From: a virus
Taxonomy: Duplodnaviria > Caudoviricetes
Reading direction: 5' to 3' (one strand)
DNA: 55,341 nucleotides
Virus record (IMG/VR): IMGVR_UViG_3300042887_003034
Location: 1-55,341 of that record
Shown here: positions 1-10,807 of the stretch, one piece after another
How the letters are laid out: each line of letters begins with the position of its first letter
How positions within the stretch are numbered: position 1 is the first letter of the stretch
Translations under genes and position numbers: made by a program
Notes under the pieces: generated by a model
Databases searched by the model: none
Seen by the model: only the letters and a program-made list of their open reading frames with translations
Told to the model about the DNA's origin: nothing

Positions 1-132
1 GATGATGTTAAAGATGTTTCTGATGCAGTAAAAAAATATGGTAGGCTGTATACTCTGTACAGCATTTTGCAATACAGAGAAACTAATGTATTAAAAATAC
101 AATTACTACAGAAAAAATTAGAAAATTTATGA
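1..132 (+). CDS. DNA primase, C-terminal fragment (runs off window start)
   Basis: Frame 1 reads DDVKDVSDAVKKYG... (Toprim-type KDxxD) and stops at TGA 130-132, overlapping the helicase ATG. Confidence 0.6.
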   Translation, partial: DDVKDVSDAVKKYGRLYTLYSILQYRETNVLKIQLLQKKLENL

Positions 133-1565
133 ACAAACCTAATTATAATTTAGACATGCAAAAACTGTATCTAGAAATGTTTTTATCAGATGCAGAAACA
201 TTTATAAGATGTCAAAACATTTTTGATCCCAATAACTTTGATAAAAAATTACAGGAAATTGCTACCTTTATCACGGAATATGTTGATCAGTATCGGGTCA
301 TGCCCGAAGTTAAAATTGTTAATTCTGCTTGCAGCAGTGAATTAGAATCAGTGGCCCTCCCTAAAGAAAATTACGAATGGTTAATGAATGAATTTGAAAA
401 ATTCAGCAGACACAAAGGACTAGAAAGGGCCATATTACAATCAGCAGATCTATTAGAAAAAGGTGAATATGGTCCTGTAGAAAAACTAATCAAAGATGCT
501 ATTCAAATCAGTTTAAACAAAGACATGGGCACTGACTATTTCAGTAGCCCAAGAGAAAGATTAATGAAATTAAAAGATAATAACGGACAAGTTTCAACCG
601 GTTGGCCCAGTGTTGATAAAAAACTATATGGCGGTTTTAACCGTGGAGAACTTAATATCTTTGCAGCAGCATCGGGCGGCGGTAAAAGTCTATTCCTTGC
701 TAATCTAGGAGTCAACTGGGCACTGATGGGATTAAATGTTGTTTATCTAACTTTCGAACTCAGCGAAAATCTAGTCAGTATGCGACTAGATTCAATGATG
801 ACTGGTATTAATACTAGGGATATATTTAGAAGCATTGATGACGTGGAAATCAAGGTAAAAATGCTGGAAAAACGCAGCGGAAACCTGCAGATCAAGTACA
901 TGCCCAGCGGTAAAACAGTCAACGACATTCGTGCTTATCTCAAGGAGTATCAGGTTAAAACAGGATCTAAACCCGATGTATTATTAATTGACTATTTGGA
1001 TCTAATGATGCCTGTCAGCGTCAAAGTCAGCCCCAGTGATCTATTTGTCAAAGACAAGTATGTGTCAGAAGAAATTCGTAACTTGGCCATGGAAACGCAG
1101 TGTATTACTGTCACAGCCTCGCAGTTAAATCGCAGTGCCGTAGAAGAAATTGAATTTGATCACAGTCACATTTCAGGTGGATTAAGTAAGATTCAGACCG
1201 CAGACAATGTCATAGGTATCTTTACCAGTCGCGCTATGAAAGAGCGGGGCAAGTATCAAATTCAGTTTATGAAAACACGCAGCAGCAGTGGTGTGGGGCA
1301 CAAAGTTGATCTTGACTTTAATGTTGATACATTAAGGATCACTGACAGCGGCGATGAAGAAATAGAATCCAGTTTAAAAGATATGAAATCTTCGGTCTAT
1401 CAAGGACTAAAGAGAACCAGTACTGTGACCACAACCACAGACAGTGAAACTGGTGAAATTAAAATGTTGGACCCAAATCAAGGATCGGCTTTGCCTAAAA
1501 TTAAGACCAAGCCAGTGTCGGATATTAGAAATCTTCTAAATACTCTTAATAGCGAGCGTGATTAA
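129..1565 (+). CDS. Replicative DNA helicase, DnaB/T4 gp41-like
   Basis: Walker A AASGGGKS, LIDYLDLM, TASQLNR and KTRSS motifs; 478 aa. Confidence 0.93.
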   Translation: MNKPNYNLDMQKLYLEMFLSDAETFIRCQNIFDPNNFDKKLQEIATFITEYVDQYRVMPEVKIVNSACSSELESVALPKENYEWLMNEFEKFSRHKGLERAILQSADLLEKGEYGPVEKLIKDAIQISLNKDMGTDYFSSPRERLMKLKDNNGQVSTGWPSVDKKLYGGFNRGELNIFAAASGGGKSLFLANLGVNWALMGLNVVYLTFELSENLVSMRLDSMMTGINTRDIFRSIDDVEIKVKMLEKRSGNLQIKYMPSGKTVNDIRAYLKEYQVKTGSKPDVLLIDYLDLMMPVSVKVSPSDLFVKDKYVSEEIRNLAMETQCITVTASQLNRSAVEEIEFDHSHISGGLSKIQTADNVIGIFTSRAMKERGKYQIQFMKTRSSSGVGHKVDLDFNVDTLRITDSGDEEIESSLKDMKSSVYQGLKRTSTVTTTTDSETGEIKMLDPNQGSALPKIKTKPVSDIRNLLNTLNSERD

Positions 1566-2124
1566 ACCAGTGTTTAGTTTCAATTTTAGTGGCTTCATTG
1601 ATCACATGCCGCCACTGTTGATCTTCGTCGTAGTCAAACACTGATTCTAGATCAGCAGGCACTGCGAGCCAAGTTTGACTTAATTGAACCTGGGGTTTTA
1701 GGGGCAGCAGTTCTTTTTCTAATTCACTGCTGTGCCATTTGGTAAATCCAGCAACGACTCTGAAATAGTCAGGTCCCTGACATTCGCTGATTGCAGCCAG
1801 TATGCTGACATCGTGGCTGACTCCCAGATCCTCTGTGAGTTTAACAGTATTGCCAGTGTACCAATCTAAACTGTGTATGATATTGACTCGATTTTGCCCT
1901 TCAGTGCCCCCATTATACAAGGGCCTATTCTCGGGCAAACTCAGTCCAACGTTGTGCATCACAGTTTCGAAACTAAGTTCGTTGTTATAGGGCCTATTGA
2001 TCTGTAGTGCAATAGCGCCATGCGAATCATGATCCACTACAAACAACACGCTTTTGGCCATTTCCGCCATACCCTGCCTTAATGGATGCGCGGCTAATAA
2101 ATATCCTTGAAAACTTTGACTCAT
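1546..2124 (-). CDS. YqgE/AlgH (DUF179) family protein
   Basis: GYLLAAHP, SVLFVVDHDSHGAIALQINRP, LYNGG and VAGFTKW..ELEKEL match the family pattern; start taken at ATG 2124, just after TAAATA. Confidence 0.8.
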   Translation of the reverse strand: MSQSFQGYLLAAHPLRQGMAEMAKSVLFVVDHDSHGAIALQINRPYNNELSFETVMHNVGLSLPENRPLYNGGTEGQNRVNIIHSLDWYTGNTVKLTEDLGVSHDVSILAAISECQGPDYFRVVAGFTKWHSSELEKELLPLKPQVQLSQTWLAVPADLESVFDYDEDQQWRHVINEATKIETKHWFNHARY

Positions 2125-2219
2125 GAGATTATTTAACTCAACCTCATCGGCCAAAAAAAATATTCGCGAAGCGAACCGGGGAAAAGCGATATTTTACCCC
2201 CGGTTAAATATCAACTTAA

Positions 2220-2780
2220 TTAAAAGATATCCAAGGATAAATTACGTAGCCGCAGTAGACTGAGTCTACGTGACAGATCCTGTTGTAGTTGAGGCAGTAC
2301 AGACATCAGTGTATTGCCAGTGACATGAAATGCTAAACCTCCACGATCACGCCACTGAGCACAGTTACTGGTTCGATCATCCACTAGAATATCCCCGGCC
2401 CTACAGTGCTGTTGTTTGTCTACAGCATAGGGACCAAAACGCACACCAATATCGGGAAAGTGATCTCGGGCCCACGCGACTTTGTCGCTGAAAGCATCGG
2501 GCACATCGTTTTTACTGGGTATGGCAGTGAGAAAGTACAGCCCCCAGCCTAGAAGATCTCTATACTGTCTAGCAACAGTGACCAGTTGATCCACTGACTG
2601 CATCAACGGTAAATTTCTATACAAGTTTGGATGCTGTTGACAGAGTCTAACCCAGGTATCAACGTCTACTGTATAAGTGCTGCCAGCGCGAGCACGAGTA
2701 ACATAGCCCAGTTCACGAACCCCACGATCCCAATCAGCACAGACTCCGTCCATGTCTAGATAAAAAATATTTTTCTGCAT
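2220..2780 (-). CDS. 5'(3')-deoxyribonucleotidase, HAD superfamily
   Basis: YLDMDGVCADW motif I, FLTA, K, ILVDDR motif IV. Confidence 0.8.
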   Translation of the reverse strand: MQKNIFYLDMDGVCADWDRGVRELGYVTRARAGSTYTVDVDTWVRLCQQHPNLYRNLPLMQSVDQLVTVARQYRDLLGWGLYFLTAIPSKNDVPDAFSDKVAWARDHFPDIGVRFGPYAVDKQQHCRAGDILVDDRTSNCAQWRDRGGLAFHVTGNTLMSVLPQLQQDLSRRLSLLRLRNLSLDIF

Positions 2781-2798
2781 ATTATAAATTGTCCTTGA

Positions 2799-3293
2799 TT
2801 ATCTGGCAAAAATTTGAATGGTCAGCCTTGGTTGATCTGTTAACACTGGTGTAACCCAATGGCTGAGTCTGCTGTGATTTATCACAGCAGTATTTTCACA
2901 GGGTGTTAAACTGTGAATTAGAGAATTTGAATCTGTCCAATGAAAAATTCCACCCCACTGTGGATCCCAATAAGAGTTAAGATAGACAGTAGCAGCCCAT
3001 AGATATTTACTGTCTCGATGGGAATTTATAGCACTGAATTCTAACCAACGATAGTAAAAAATTTCTAAATTTTCACAGTTTAAATGAGGTCTTTGACGCT
3101 GTACAGCACGTTGTACTAGACCATTGATCCAATGATTAGCGGGAGCCATTAAAACCTGTCCCAAATGTCCTTGATATAGTTCAGGCGCCCAACGAGAAAA
3201 ATTTGAAAAAAACTGTGAATCCGGGGGCATATGTGCTAGTACAAATTGAAATTCACGTGGTGAGAATAGATTTTTTATTATGTCCATACACAT
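2799..3293 (-). CDS. 2OG-Fe(II) oxygenase (prolyl-hydroxylase-like)
   Basis: HRD, YLNSYWDPQWGG, HWVTPV and RLTIQ motifs. Confidence 0.8.
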   Translation of the reverse strand: MCMDIIKNLFSPREFQFVLAHMPPDSQFFSNFSRWAPELYQGHLGQVLMAPANHWINGLVQRAVQRQRPHLNCENLEIFYYRWLEFSAINSHRDSKYLWAATVYLNSYWDPQWGGIFHWTDSNSLIHSLTPCENTAVINHSRLSHWVTPVLTDQPRLTIQIFAR

Positions 3294-3544
3294 GAGATTA
3301 TACTGTAAAACAAACTGAAAAACAATAGTCTGTGACTATTTACACAGTGTAGACCGAGACATATACAGAGATTAAAAAAATTGCTGCGCAAAATTTTTAA
3401 CTACCGAAATCTATGTTTACTGAAAGTTTTTAACAGTGTGGGAGGTCTATACAGCAGTTTAAAATTTTGCGCTACAAAATAAAAATGGTACGGAGATCTC
3501 GGCCCCTGGTGATTTCTGACCACATACCCATGGTATTTTTGGGG

Positions 3545-3633
3545 TTTTTGAGAGAATTTTTGAGAGATTTTTTGAGAACTTTTGAGAGATTTTTTGAGAG
3601 AATTTTTGAGAGAATTTTTGAGAGAATTTTTGG
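3545..3633. repeat. Tandem repeat, about 7 copies of an 11-12 bp unit TTTTTGAGAGAA, at the left edge of the GC-rich island
   Basis: Read directly from the sequence. Confidence 0.95.
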
Positions 3634-3706
3634 CAAGCGGTTGCTAGCACCGCTTGCTGACTGTGTCAACTGTGACCCCCCATGCCCTGGGGAGCCCCAG
3701 GGTCTC

Positions 3707-3991
3707 TCAGATGGCCTCAGCCACCACCGAGGCCGCCGCAGCCCGCTTGGCAGCGCGGGCTTCCCGCTTGCGGATCGCGTCCCGGCTCATGCTCAGCGTC
3801 TTGGCGGGCTTGCTGGGCTTCTGCTCCACGACCACAGCGGCCTCCACGCGGTCCCAGTTGCCCAGGATGTAGGTGCGGGCCAGTTGGCGCTTCATGCCCA
3901 GGGCCATCACCGCGGGGATCAGGCTCACGGCGTCGTTGCCCAGGGCCTTGGCTTGGGCGATCATCTCACGGACTTGCAGTGCCTTGCTCAT
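3707..3991 (-). CDS. Hypothetical early protein; N-terminal domain shared with the C-terminus of the SprT protein at 9524
   Basis: Promoter repeat and AGGAG upstream; SKA..VR..IAQAKA.G...LGM...LA.TY..GNW shared. Confidence 0.75.
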   Translation of the reverse strand: MSKALQVREMIAQAKALGNDAVSLIPAVMALGMKRQLARTYILGNWDRVEAAVVVEQKPSKPAKTLSMSRDAIRKREARAAKRAAAASVVAEAI

Positions 3992-4061
3992 TTGTTGCTC
4001 CTAGTTGCGTTACAGTTCTTGCAGTATAGCACCAGTCAAAGACCCTGTCAACCGCTGGGCT

Positions 4062-4460
4062 TTAGGCCGCAGCCCGGAAAAAGCCGTAGGGCAGGCCGTT
4101 GAGGTAGCACAGGTACTCCCAGTCGCCACCGGCCTCGTCGGCTTCCATGATCCAGCGCAGCGCGGTCTCGCGGTCCTTGGCACCAGCACGGATTGTCTGC
4201 TCAATCCGCTTGCAGAACTTCACCACAGCACGGGCCTCGTCCTCACGGCGGGCACGCTCACCGCGCTCGATCTCCCGCGCCAGGTACTGGAACTCCTCCT
4301 CGAAGTCCTGCTCGGTCCAGTTGCTGGTGTCGATGCCACGCGGGCGGACACCGTGGGCGTCCTTGTACATGTCCCAGTAGGTGCAGGCCATCTGCTCGAG
4401 CACGGTCATCTCTTCCCAGGTCTTGAACTGTTCCATCGTCTGCTCCGTTGCGTTCATCAT
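4062..4460 (-). CDS. Hypothetical phage protein
   Basis: ORF directly under a promoter repeat; YKDAHGVRPR motif; internal GGAG-ATG alternative start. Confidence 0.75.
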   Translation of the reverse strand: MMNATEQTMEQFKTWEEMTVLEQMACTYWDMYKDAHGVRPRGIDTSNWTEQDFEEEFQYLAREIERGERARREDEARAVVKFCKRIEQTIRAGAKDRETALRWIMEADEAGGDWEYLCYLNGLPYGFFRAAA

Positions 4461-4512
4461 GTCAGTAGTATATGATCGAACAAAGACCCTGTCAACCGCT
4501 GGACTTGGGGCT

Positions 4513-4543
4513 GGAGTGCCGGGGCTGTGGCTTGTGTGCCACA
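4513..4543. promoter_or_regulatory. Composite element GGAGTGCCG-N4-TGTGGC-N6-GCCACA (first of at least 8 copies, both orientations)
   Basis: Other copies at 10769-10799, 14502-14532 and 24674-24704 (same orientation) and at 12980-13010, 22121-22152, 23100-23131 and 28654-28684 (inverted). Confidence 0.8.
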
Positions 4544-4551
4544 GCCTAGGA

Positions 4552-5169
4552 TCACACGTACTGCATCTGCCGGGGGCTCAGCGGACGCTGGAACCGGGGC
4601 GCCGGGTCCTGTGCCCAGTCGATGATCTGCTGCCGCAGGCTCTTGCGGAAGCCGCTGCGCAGGTTGCTGGTGATCAGCTTGCTGACCTGCGTCCAGAAGC
4701 CCAGCCCCACAGCATCACGCAGGCGCTCCACCTGTTGGCGGGTCAGCCCTGCCTTGCGGGCCGTGTCAGCATCTTGACGGCGCTGGTTGCGGCGCTGCAG
4801 GACTTGGTTGCGGCGCTGCCGGTAGGCCAGGTAAGCCTTGTACTCAGCCTGCACTTCGGGCGTGGCATCCACCGAGGATGCGTAGCAGGGGTAGCTCCAG
4901 CCGCGGGTGGTGGCGAACATGATCTCGTGGGCGGTGCGGCTCACCGGATCCCACACGGTCATGAAGAAGTCGCTGTCGTCGTACATGTTGCGCTCACGCT
5001 CGGCCACGCACAGCCCGTGGTGCGTGGTGTACAGGGTGTCGCCCTGGCGCTGGTCGTTCATGCCGCTGACGCCGGGCAAGGGGCAGTACTCGCCCGGGTG
5101 GAACTCGGTGCGCAGAGTGCGGGCACCGTTGGAGTAGTCAAAGGAAGAACCCAGGTTGATGATCGGCAT
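4552..5169 (-). CDS. Hypothetical phage protein
   Basis: 205 aa ORF with promoter repeat and AGGAG RBS. Confidence 0.75.
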   Translation of the reverse strand: MPIINLGSSFDYSNGARTLRTEFHPGEYCPLPGVSGMNDQRQGDTLYTTHHGLCVAERERNMYDDSDFFMTVWDPVSRTAHEIMFATTRGWSYPCYASSVDATPEVQAEYKAYLAYRQRRNQVLQRRNQRRQDADTARKAGLTRQQVERLRDAVGLGFWTQVSKLITSNLRSGFRKSLRQQIIDWAQDPAPRFQRPLSPRQMQYV

Positions 5170-5424
5170 CGTCGACTCCTTTGTTTCAGTGTCAGTAGTA
5201 TATGATCGATCAATGACCCTGTCAACCGGTGGGTTATTGCTCCTCTACCTCATGCCACACATCATTCCACGGGTTAGAATCGTCGGCTTCATCGGCGTAG
5301 TCCCACGCAGCCTGCGAAGTTTCAAATTCAGCAACCGCGATCCGAATCACATCTCCGTAGTCCCGAACGCATCTCTTTACAACCCACATCATCTGCTCCT
5401 TGTGGAGGTTCAGTGCCAGTGGGC

Positions 5425-5586
5425 TCAGCCCAGGACCAGCGAGTCCAGTTCCACTTCGACCTGCTGCTGCTTCTGCAGGTCGGCGATCTCCTGCAGTTCG
5501 AAGTTGACTTCGATGCGCACGCCCTCGAGGAACTCAGCCCAGAGGTCCTCGCCGTAGAACTCTTCGCAGGTGATCTCGTCGAACAT
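5425..5586 (-). CDS. Small acidic hypothetical protein (MFDEITCEEFYGEDLWAEF...)
   Basis: Translated by hand; AGGAG and promoter repeat upstream; below the ORF-track length cutoff. Confidence 0.65.
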   Translation of the reverse strand: MFDEITCEEFYGEDLWAEFLEGVRIEVNFELQEIADLQKQQQVEVELDSLVLG

Positions 5587-5844
5587 CGTTTTCTCCTTGC
5601 TACAGTTCTTGCAGTATAAGTTCAGTCAGCAGTCCTGTCAACCGCGCTTGCGATCGTTGATCCACAGCAGGATGCTGGCAATGGTCACAGAGATCACAGT
5701 GACCGCTGTGATGGCCAGGGCAGTGCCCGCAATCACGTAGACCAACAGCAGCAGGTTGTCCAGCATCATCAACTCCTCAGTGTCCTTGCAGTATAAGTTC
5801 AGCGAGCAGTCCTGTCAACCGGGGCTGAAGTGCCCCGGTGTTGT

Positions 5845-6198
5845 TTAATCGCCACGCTTGTCAGTGTTCAGCGAGGGCTTGACAGCACGGCGGATTTCGA
5901 CTTCCCTGCGGTGCGCTTCGGCCTTGCCGCGCACAATCTCGTGGACAACGATCTCGATCTCGTTCTTGTCGTTGAGTTGGCGCAGGGCGGCGCAGAGCGT
6001 CCAGTCCTTGCTCTCAGTCTTGGCGCGGTAGAAGTGCTTGGCAGCACGGGCCCGCACACTCTTCAGCACCGTGCTCTCGGTCTTGGCAGTGACGCCAATG
6101 TAGTTCCCACCTGCGACACGGAGTTCGTAGATGATGTGATTGCGGTCGCTGCGCTTCTTGCGGGTTGCTTGGGCTTCGGTCATCGTGTGCTCCATCAT
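5845..6198 (-). CDS. GIY-YIG-like nuclease domain protein
   Basis: IIYEL...NYIGVT, R..KH and AHRREVEI pattern. Confidence 0.55.
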   Translation of the reverse strand: MMEHTMTEAQATRKKRSDRNHIIYELRVAGGNYIGVTAKTESTVLKSVRARAAKHFYRAKTESKDWTLCAALRQLNDKNEIEIVVHEIVRGKAEAHRREVEIRRAVKPSLNTDKRGD

Positions 6199-6243
6199 GT
6201 CAGTAGTATAGCACCCCTCAATGACCCTGTCAAGTGGTGTGAT

Positions 6244-6627
6244 TTACCAGTTGAACTCGCTGCTCAACCCCAGCGCCTGCTGCTCTTCTGGGCTCAACTT
6301 GGCAAACGCTTGCCGCCGCAGGTTGCGTTGACGCTTCTCTTCACGAGCCTCTTCTTCCTTGATTTCCACACGCCAATCCAACTCATGCAGGGCTTCTTGA
6401 TTCTCCGTAGAGTAGGTCAGAGTCAGCTCTACGGAGCGATCACGGCAGCCGTCACGATCGCTCAGGACGAACTTGGCATCGCGGACAGCCAGTTCCCAGT
6501 TAGTCTTTGTGGCACGCTCTAGCATAGCCATCAGCCGTTGCGGGTAGGTAGCAGCCTGCTCTGCTTGGTATGCAGCTCGCTCTGCTGCTTCACGGGCCAG
6601 TCGTTCTGCTTTGGTTTCGCGTGCCAT
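6244..6627 (-). CDS. Hypothetical phage protein
   Basis: ORF with promoter repeat and RBS. Confidence 0.75.
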   Translation of the reverse strand: MARETKAERLAREAAERAAYQAEQAATYPQRLMAMLERATKTNWELAVRDAKFVLSDRDGCRDRSVELTLTYSTENQEALHELDWRVEIKEEEAREEKRQRNLRRQAFAKLSPEEQQALGLSSEFNW

Positions 6628-6686
6628 TTCGTGTGCTCCTTGCTGCTATGTCTGTACTATAGCACCCCTCAAAGACCCTGTCAACC

Positions 6687-7091
6687 TTAGGGCTTTTGGT
6701 GGCACAGGTCCACGGATTCGGAGTAGTAGCCGTTGGACTCGCCCAACCAACGAACGTCCACATAGCCCTTACGGGTAGCGAACTTGTAGAAGGTAAAGGT
6801 GTAGGACTCGAACATTTCGTCCTCGATGTCTGCAGGCACTTCACCTTGAACTTCTTCGGCGATCAGCAAGGGCTCACCTACCAAGTCCTCGAGATCACCA
6901 ACGATGTCGTTGATGTCCACAGACTCACAGCAGGACTGGAAGTGGGTGAACACAAAGCGCTCGCCGTTCTGATCAACGAACACCATCTCACCCGAGCCCA
7001 CCGAACCTTCTACACGAACGAAGGTACGACCAACCATCGAGCGCAGACCTTCTTGGGTATCAACCATATCGTTCCAGTTCAGTTCCATCAT
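6687..7091 (-). CDS. Conserved hypothetical phage protein (HxQxCCExV, WLGESNGYYSE)
   Basis: ORF with promoter repeat and RBS; motif recalled from phage proteins. Confidence 0.75.
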   Translation of the reverse strand: MMELNWNDMVDTQEGLRSMVGRTFVRVEGSVGSGEMVFVDQNGERFVFTHFQSCCESVDINDIVGDLEDLVGEPLLIAEEVQGEVPADIEDEMFESYTFTFYKFATRKGYVDVRWLGESNGYYSESVDLCHQKP

Positions 7092-7155
7092 CTGCTCCTG
7101 TTTGCTTACTGTTCTTGCAGTATAAGCTCAAACAAAGACCCTGTCAAGTGGTGGG

Positions 7156-9460
7156 CTATCGACCGATTGTTTGCTGGCGCTTGAGCAGAGCCCGTTCAGC
7201 GTCAATCAGCGTTTCCACACGGTTGATCAGGTCAACGTAGTAGTCCGAACGATGACGGGCATGGGTCAGCCGTTGATCAAGATCAGCACACTGTTCCAGG
7301 CTATACCGAACACCCAAAAGGGTGTCAATCAGATCGTCCCGGCTGTTAAAGGTAAGATCGCTCATTTCAGCACTCCCCGCGATAGACGACTTCTTGGACA
7401 CCGTAGGGCATGAAATAACTGGCCCGAACCAGTTCTTCGGCATGTTGCTCGTCTTCGGCACGAACTCGCACATAGTCGACAAAGGTGCCCTGATCATCTT
7501 CGCATTCGAAGAACACATCGTAGAATCCCAGAACTGCTTGGTCCATCTCGTCTGCTCCTTGTTTCGCTATGTGTGTATTATACGGCAGGATGGATCAGGT
7601 GTCAACTCCAGATGCGATTTGGGATTTATTGTCAAATCTTCTTTACCTTGCCGAGAACCGGATCGTTGGCAATGTAGCCCTTGTAACCGTTGTCCATATC
7701 CCGGGCGGAACCAAAAGTGTAGATCATTTTGTTGTCGTCAGGGCGAACAAAGACCCATTCGAAACTGCTGTTCTTTACGGTGTAGACCACACTTCCTTCG
7801 TAGAACCTACGGAAAGCATACTCGACCCGAACACGATCACCAGCAGAGAAAACTTGATTCATTTCTTGCTCCGTTATCTAATCAATCTTCTTAGATAGAG
7901 GCCACAGCAGTCAGTGCCACTACGGTCCAAATTGCGATAAGTTGAGCGATGCCAAAGTAGAACAGGGCCCAAACAACAGTACAAAATCCGATCAGTTTCA
8001 GCATGGTCAGCTCCTTAGTGTTCTTGCAGTATAGCACCAAACAAAGACCCTGTCAATCAACCTTTGGGATCAACAGAGTCTTACTCCATAGAAAAATTTG
8101 ACCTATCGGAATGCGCCATGCCGTGTCTTCAAGAATCTCAAAGACCACTGTCTCAGCGGCGTTGTCTACCTTGTATGGACGAAAACGACCTTTTGAACCT
8201 CGGATGATATGCTGTGCCGCTTCATTACTGATCTCCATCAGCATGATGCCGTTTTCGTCCCGAACAATATAACCCACCGTGTGCTCCTTGCTGCGATGTC
8301 TGTACTATAGCAGGAAACAAAGACCCTGTCAACCTCTGAGCTATTTTCTCAGGATGCGTATCTAGTGCGCTCGTACTCGATGTCTCGAATCATCTCGAAG
8401 GCTTGCTCGCAGTCGGCATTCACCTCATCTACGGTCTTTTCATAGATAAAGGCAATCTCACTGCAGGGGACCACATTGTGGTAATCATAGGCGCCGCCCA
8501 TGTAGGCATCATAGATCCTGCGGCCCGCCCGTTCAATGACTGCTTGATAGGTTTTCATCAACGCTCCTTCAGACGCTTCATCACTGCCACAGCCTCGGGG
8601 CTGTTCATAATCTCGCGGAACTTAACTTTGGGATCGTACCACTCACCGGTCTTGCGATCCTTGACCCAGCCCATGTCTTCGCGGAGGTTGGCGGCAAGGC
8701 CTTCTTCCCGGGCCTCACGCTGCTTGGCCCACTTTGCTTCTTGCTTCTTGCCCCACTTCATGGTCTGCTCCTTGCTGCGATGTCTGTACTATAGCAGGAA
8801 ACAAAGACCCTGTCAAGTCTCGGCTCTTTGGTTCTTGATCTTTTCAAGCGCCTACGTAGATTGCAGTCAACCGCAAAGCCAAACTCAGCGCAAAACAGAC
8901 GATACCAAAAATGGAGAGTATCTGTTCAACTCCAGGTTTGGCTTTAGTTGCCCACGCGGTCAGAAAAATGATTCCAACGAGATTGAATATCGAGAGGGCG
9001 AATTCGAAAGTAGTCATGATTTACTCCTTGCTGTCTTGCTTGCTCAGTTCTTGTTCACAGTGGTGTGGCTCTTGAACAGGAGACCGCAGAGGAACAGTAG
9101 ACCCCAGGCTTGGAACCAGGTAATCTCCGGCAGTCCGAAGATCGTAGGCATGAGCCAGTCCCAGAGCAGCATCACGGGCAGACTCATCAGAGCCGCCACA
9201 ACGAACAGAACGAGGATACCACCAACGATAAGACCGATTACGTTCATTTCGAACTCCTTGTTGCGATGTCTGTACTATAGCAGGGATCAAAGACCCTGTC
9301 AACCGAGCGAGTAAGTGTCGCCTCGGCGCACGCCGATCTTGTCCAGCAGGCCGTCGATGACCGTTTGGGACACCACAGCCCGGCCTTCGACGAACCGAGC
9401 GTTAACCAGGTACGAGTACTTGCGGCCGTTGTAGCGGATAGAAACAAAAACCTTCTTCAT
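7156..9460 (-). CDS. Run of about 10 small hypothetical genes (e.g. 7156-7365, 7632-7862, 8053-8277, 8349-8561, 8558-8761, 9044-9247 membrane)
   Basis: Short minus-strand ORFs, each with AGGAG and mostly with a promoter repeat; ATGA overlaps. Confidence 0.65.
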
Positions 9461-9523
9461 TTGGCACTCCTAGTTGCGATGTGTGTATTATAGCGTAGGG
9501 CCTGAACCCCGTCAACTTTTGAT

Positions 9524-10258
9524 TCAGGCCTTGTGCCAATTTCCAGCCACGTAGGTCTTGGCCAACGACAGCGACATCCCCAGCACGGTGACTGCGAAGT
9601 TGACCACCACCGAACTGCCTTCGCCGCGAGCCTTGGCCTGCGCGATACGAGCCCGCACAAGAGCAGCCTTGCTAGCACCCTCGGGCTTCTGAACCGGCTT
9701 CTGAACCGGCACTCCCGTGGTCACAGGCTTTACGGTCTGCACCGGCTGCTCTCCAAGCAGGCTGTAGGCGCTGCTGATGTTGATTGCACCCTTGCCGTCA
9801 CGGAAGCGGTAGACCACACCGCTCTGCACCTTGCGATGACGGGTGGCACTGAGGTGAACAGTGGCCCCGGTGCTGGTGGTGTAGACGTAGGTTTCGCCCT
9901 TGGCGTAGACGACCTTTTCCTTGTGGTAGGTTTCGCCACTGCCGCCCAACCACTGGCAGGTACGGCGCCAGGCCCAACCGTGACCGCGATCGCTGCCGTT
10001 GGCAAAGCAGATCACGTGCGCCAGTTCGTGCGGCACGGTGTCCTTGAAGAGGTGATCCCAGGCCTCGTTCTGCATCATGTCGGTGTTGAACCGCATGAAG
10101 TAGTTCCAACCGCGGCGTCCTGCAATGCCGGCACTGCGACCACGAAGATCGAAACGCACATCGATCTGCGGGATCTTTTGGCCGGGGTGCCCTGCTTCGT
10201 ACTTGGTGATCAGTTCTGCAATCTTGGCACGGACCTGGGCGATGCGCTCTTGAAGCAT
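9524..10258 (-). CDS. SprT-like zinc metalloprotease domain protein
   Basis: LRGRSAGIA, TVPHELAHV (HExxH) and HGWAWRR; start after AGGAG. Confidence 0.85.
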   Translation of the reverse strand: MLQERIAQVRAKIAELITKYEAGHPGQKIPQIDVRFDLRGRSAGIAGRRGWNYFMRFNTDMMQNEAWDHLFKDTVPHELAHVICFANGSDRGHGWAWRRTCQWLGGSGETYHKEKVVYAKGETYVYTTSTGATVHLSATRHRKVQSGVVYRFRDGKGAINISSAYSLLGEQPVQTVKPVTTGVPVQKPVQKPEGASKAALVRARIAQAKARGEGSSVVVNFAVTVLGMSLSLAKTYVAGNWHKA

Positions 10259-10308
10259 TTCAACTCCTTGCTGCAATGTCTGTACTATAGCAGGAGTTGG
10301 AGAGCCTG

Positions 10309-10686
10309 TCAACCGAACTTCTTCAGAATCGGCAGCAGCGCCTCGACCAGTTCGTAGTCCTCGCGAAGCACCGCCTCGCTGGTCAGCGCACGGAGGCTGT
10401 CCACAGCCGAAGTGCGATGCTGGTTGACCTCCACCAACAGACCCATCACTCGCAGGTCACGCACGGCACCGTCGAAACGCTCCTGTGCAGAGACCAGCAG
10501 GCCCGTGGCGTAATCCTCGCGCGCCTCACACTGGATCGCGATCTTATGCACGCCGGGCACTTCGCTGAGGTCCTTGGCATCCTTGAGCCCGAGATTGGTC
10601 AGCGTCCGGAGTGTCTTGATCACTGCGATCTTGTTGATCTGGCCGTAGTCGTTGGGAAAGTTGACGGTGATGCTCTTGGGGATCAT
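10309..10686 (-). CDS. Protein with a ribosomal protein bL12 (L7/L12) C-terminal-like domain
   Basis: NKIAVIKTLRTLTNLGLKDAKDLSE matches the bL12 signature KxxVIKxVRxxTGLGLKEAKDLVE. Confidence 0.7.
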   Translation of the reverse strand: MIPKSITVNFPNDYGQINKIAVIKTLRTLTNLGLKDAKDLSEVPGVHKIAIQCEAREDYATGLLVSAQERFDGAVRDLRVMGLLVEVNQHRTSAVDSLRALTSEAVLREDYELVEALLPILKKFG

Positions 10687-10807
10687 TTCATTTACTCCTG
10701 AATGCGTTTTGCAATGTCTGTACTATAACAGGGAACAAAGACCCTGTCAACTGGTGAGACTTGGGTATGGAGTGCCGATGATGTGGCAGAAATGCCACAT
10801 CATCTGT

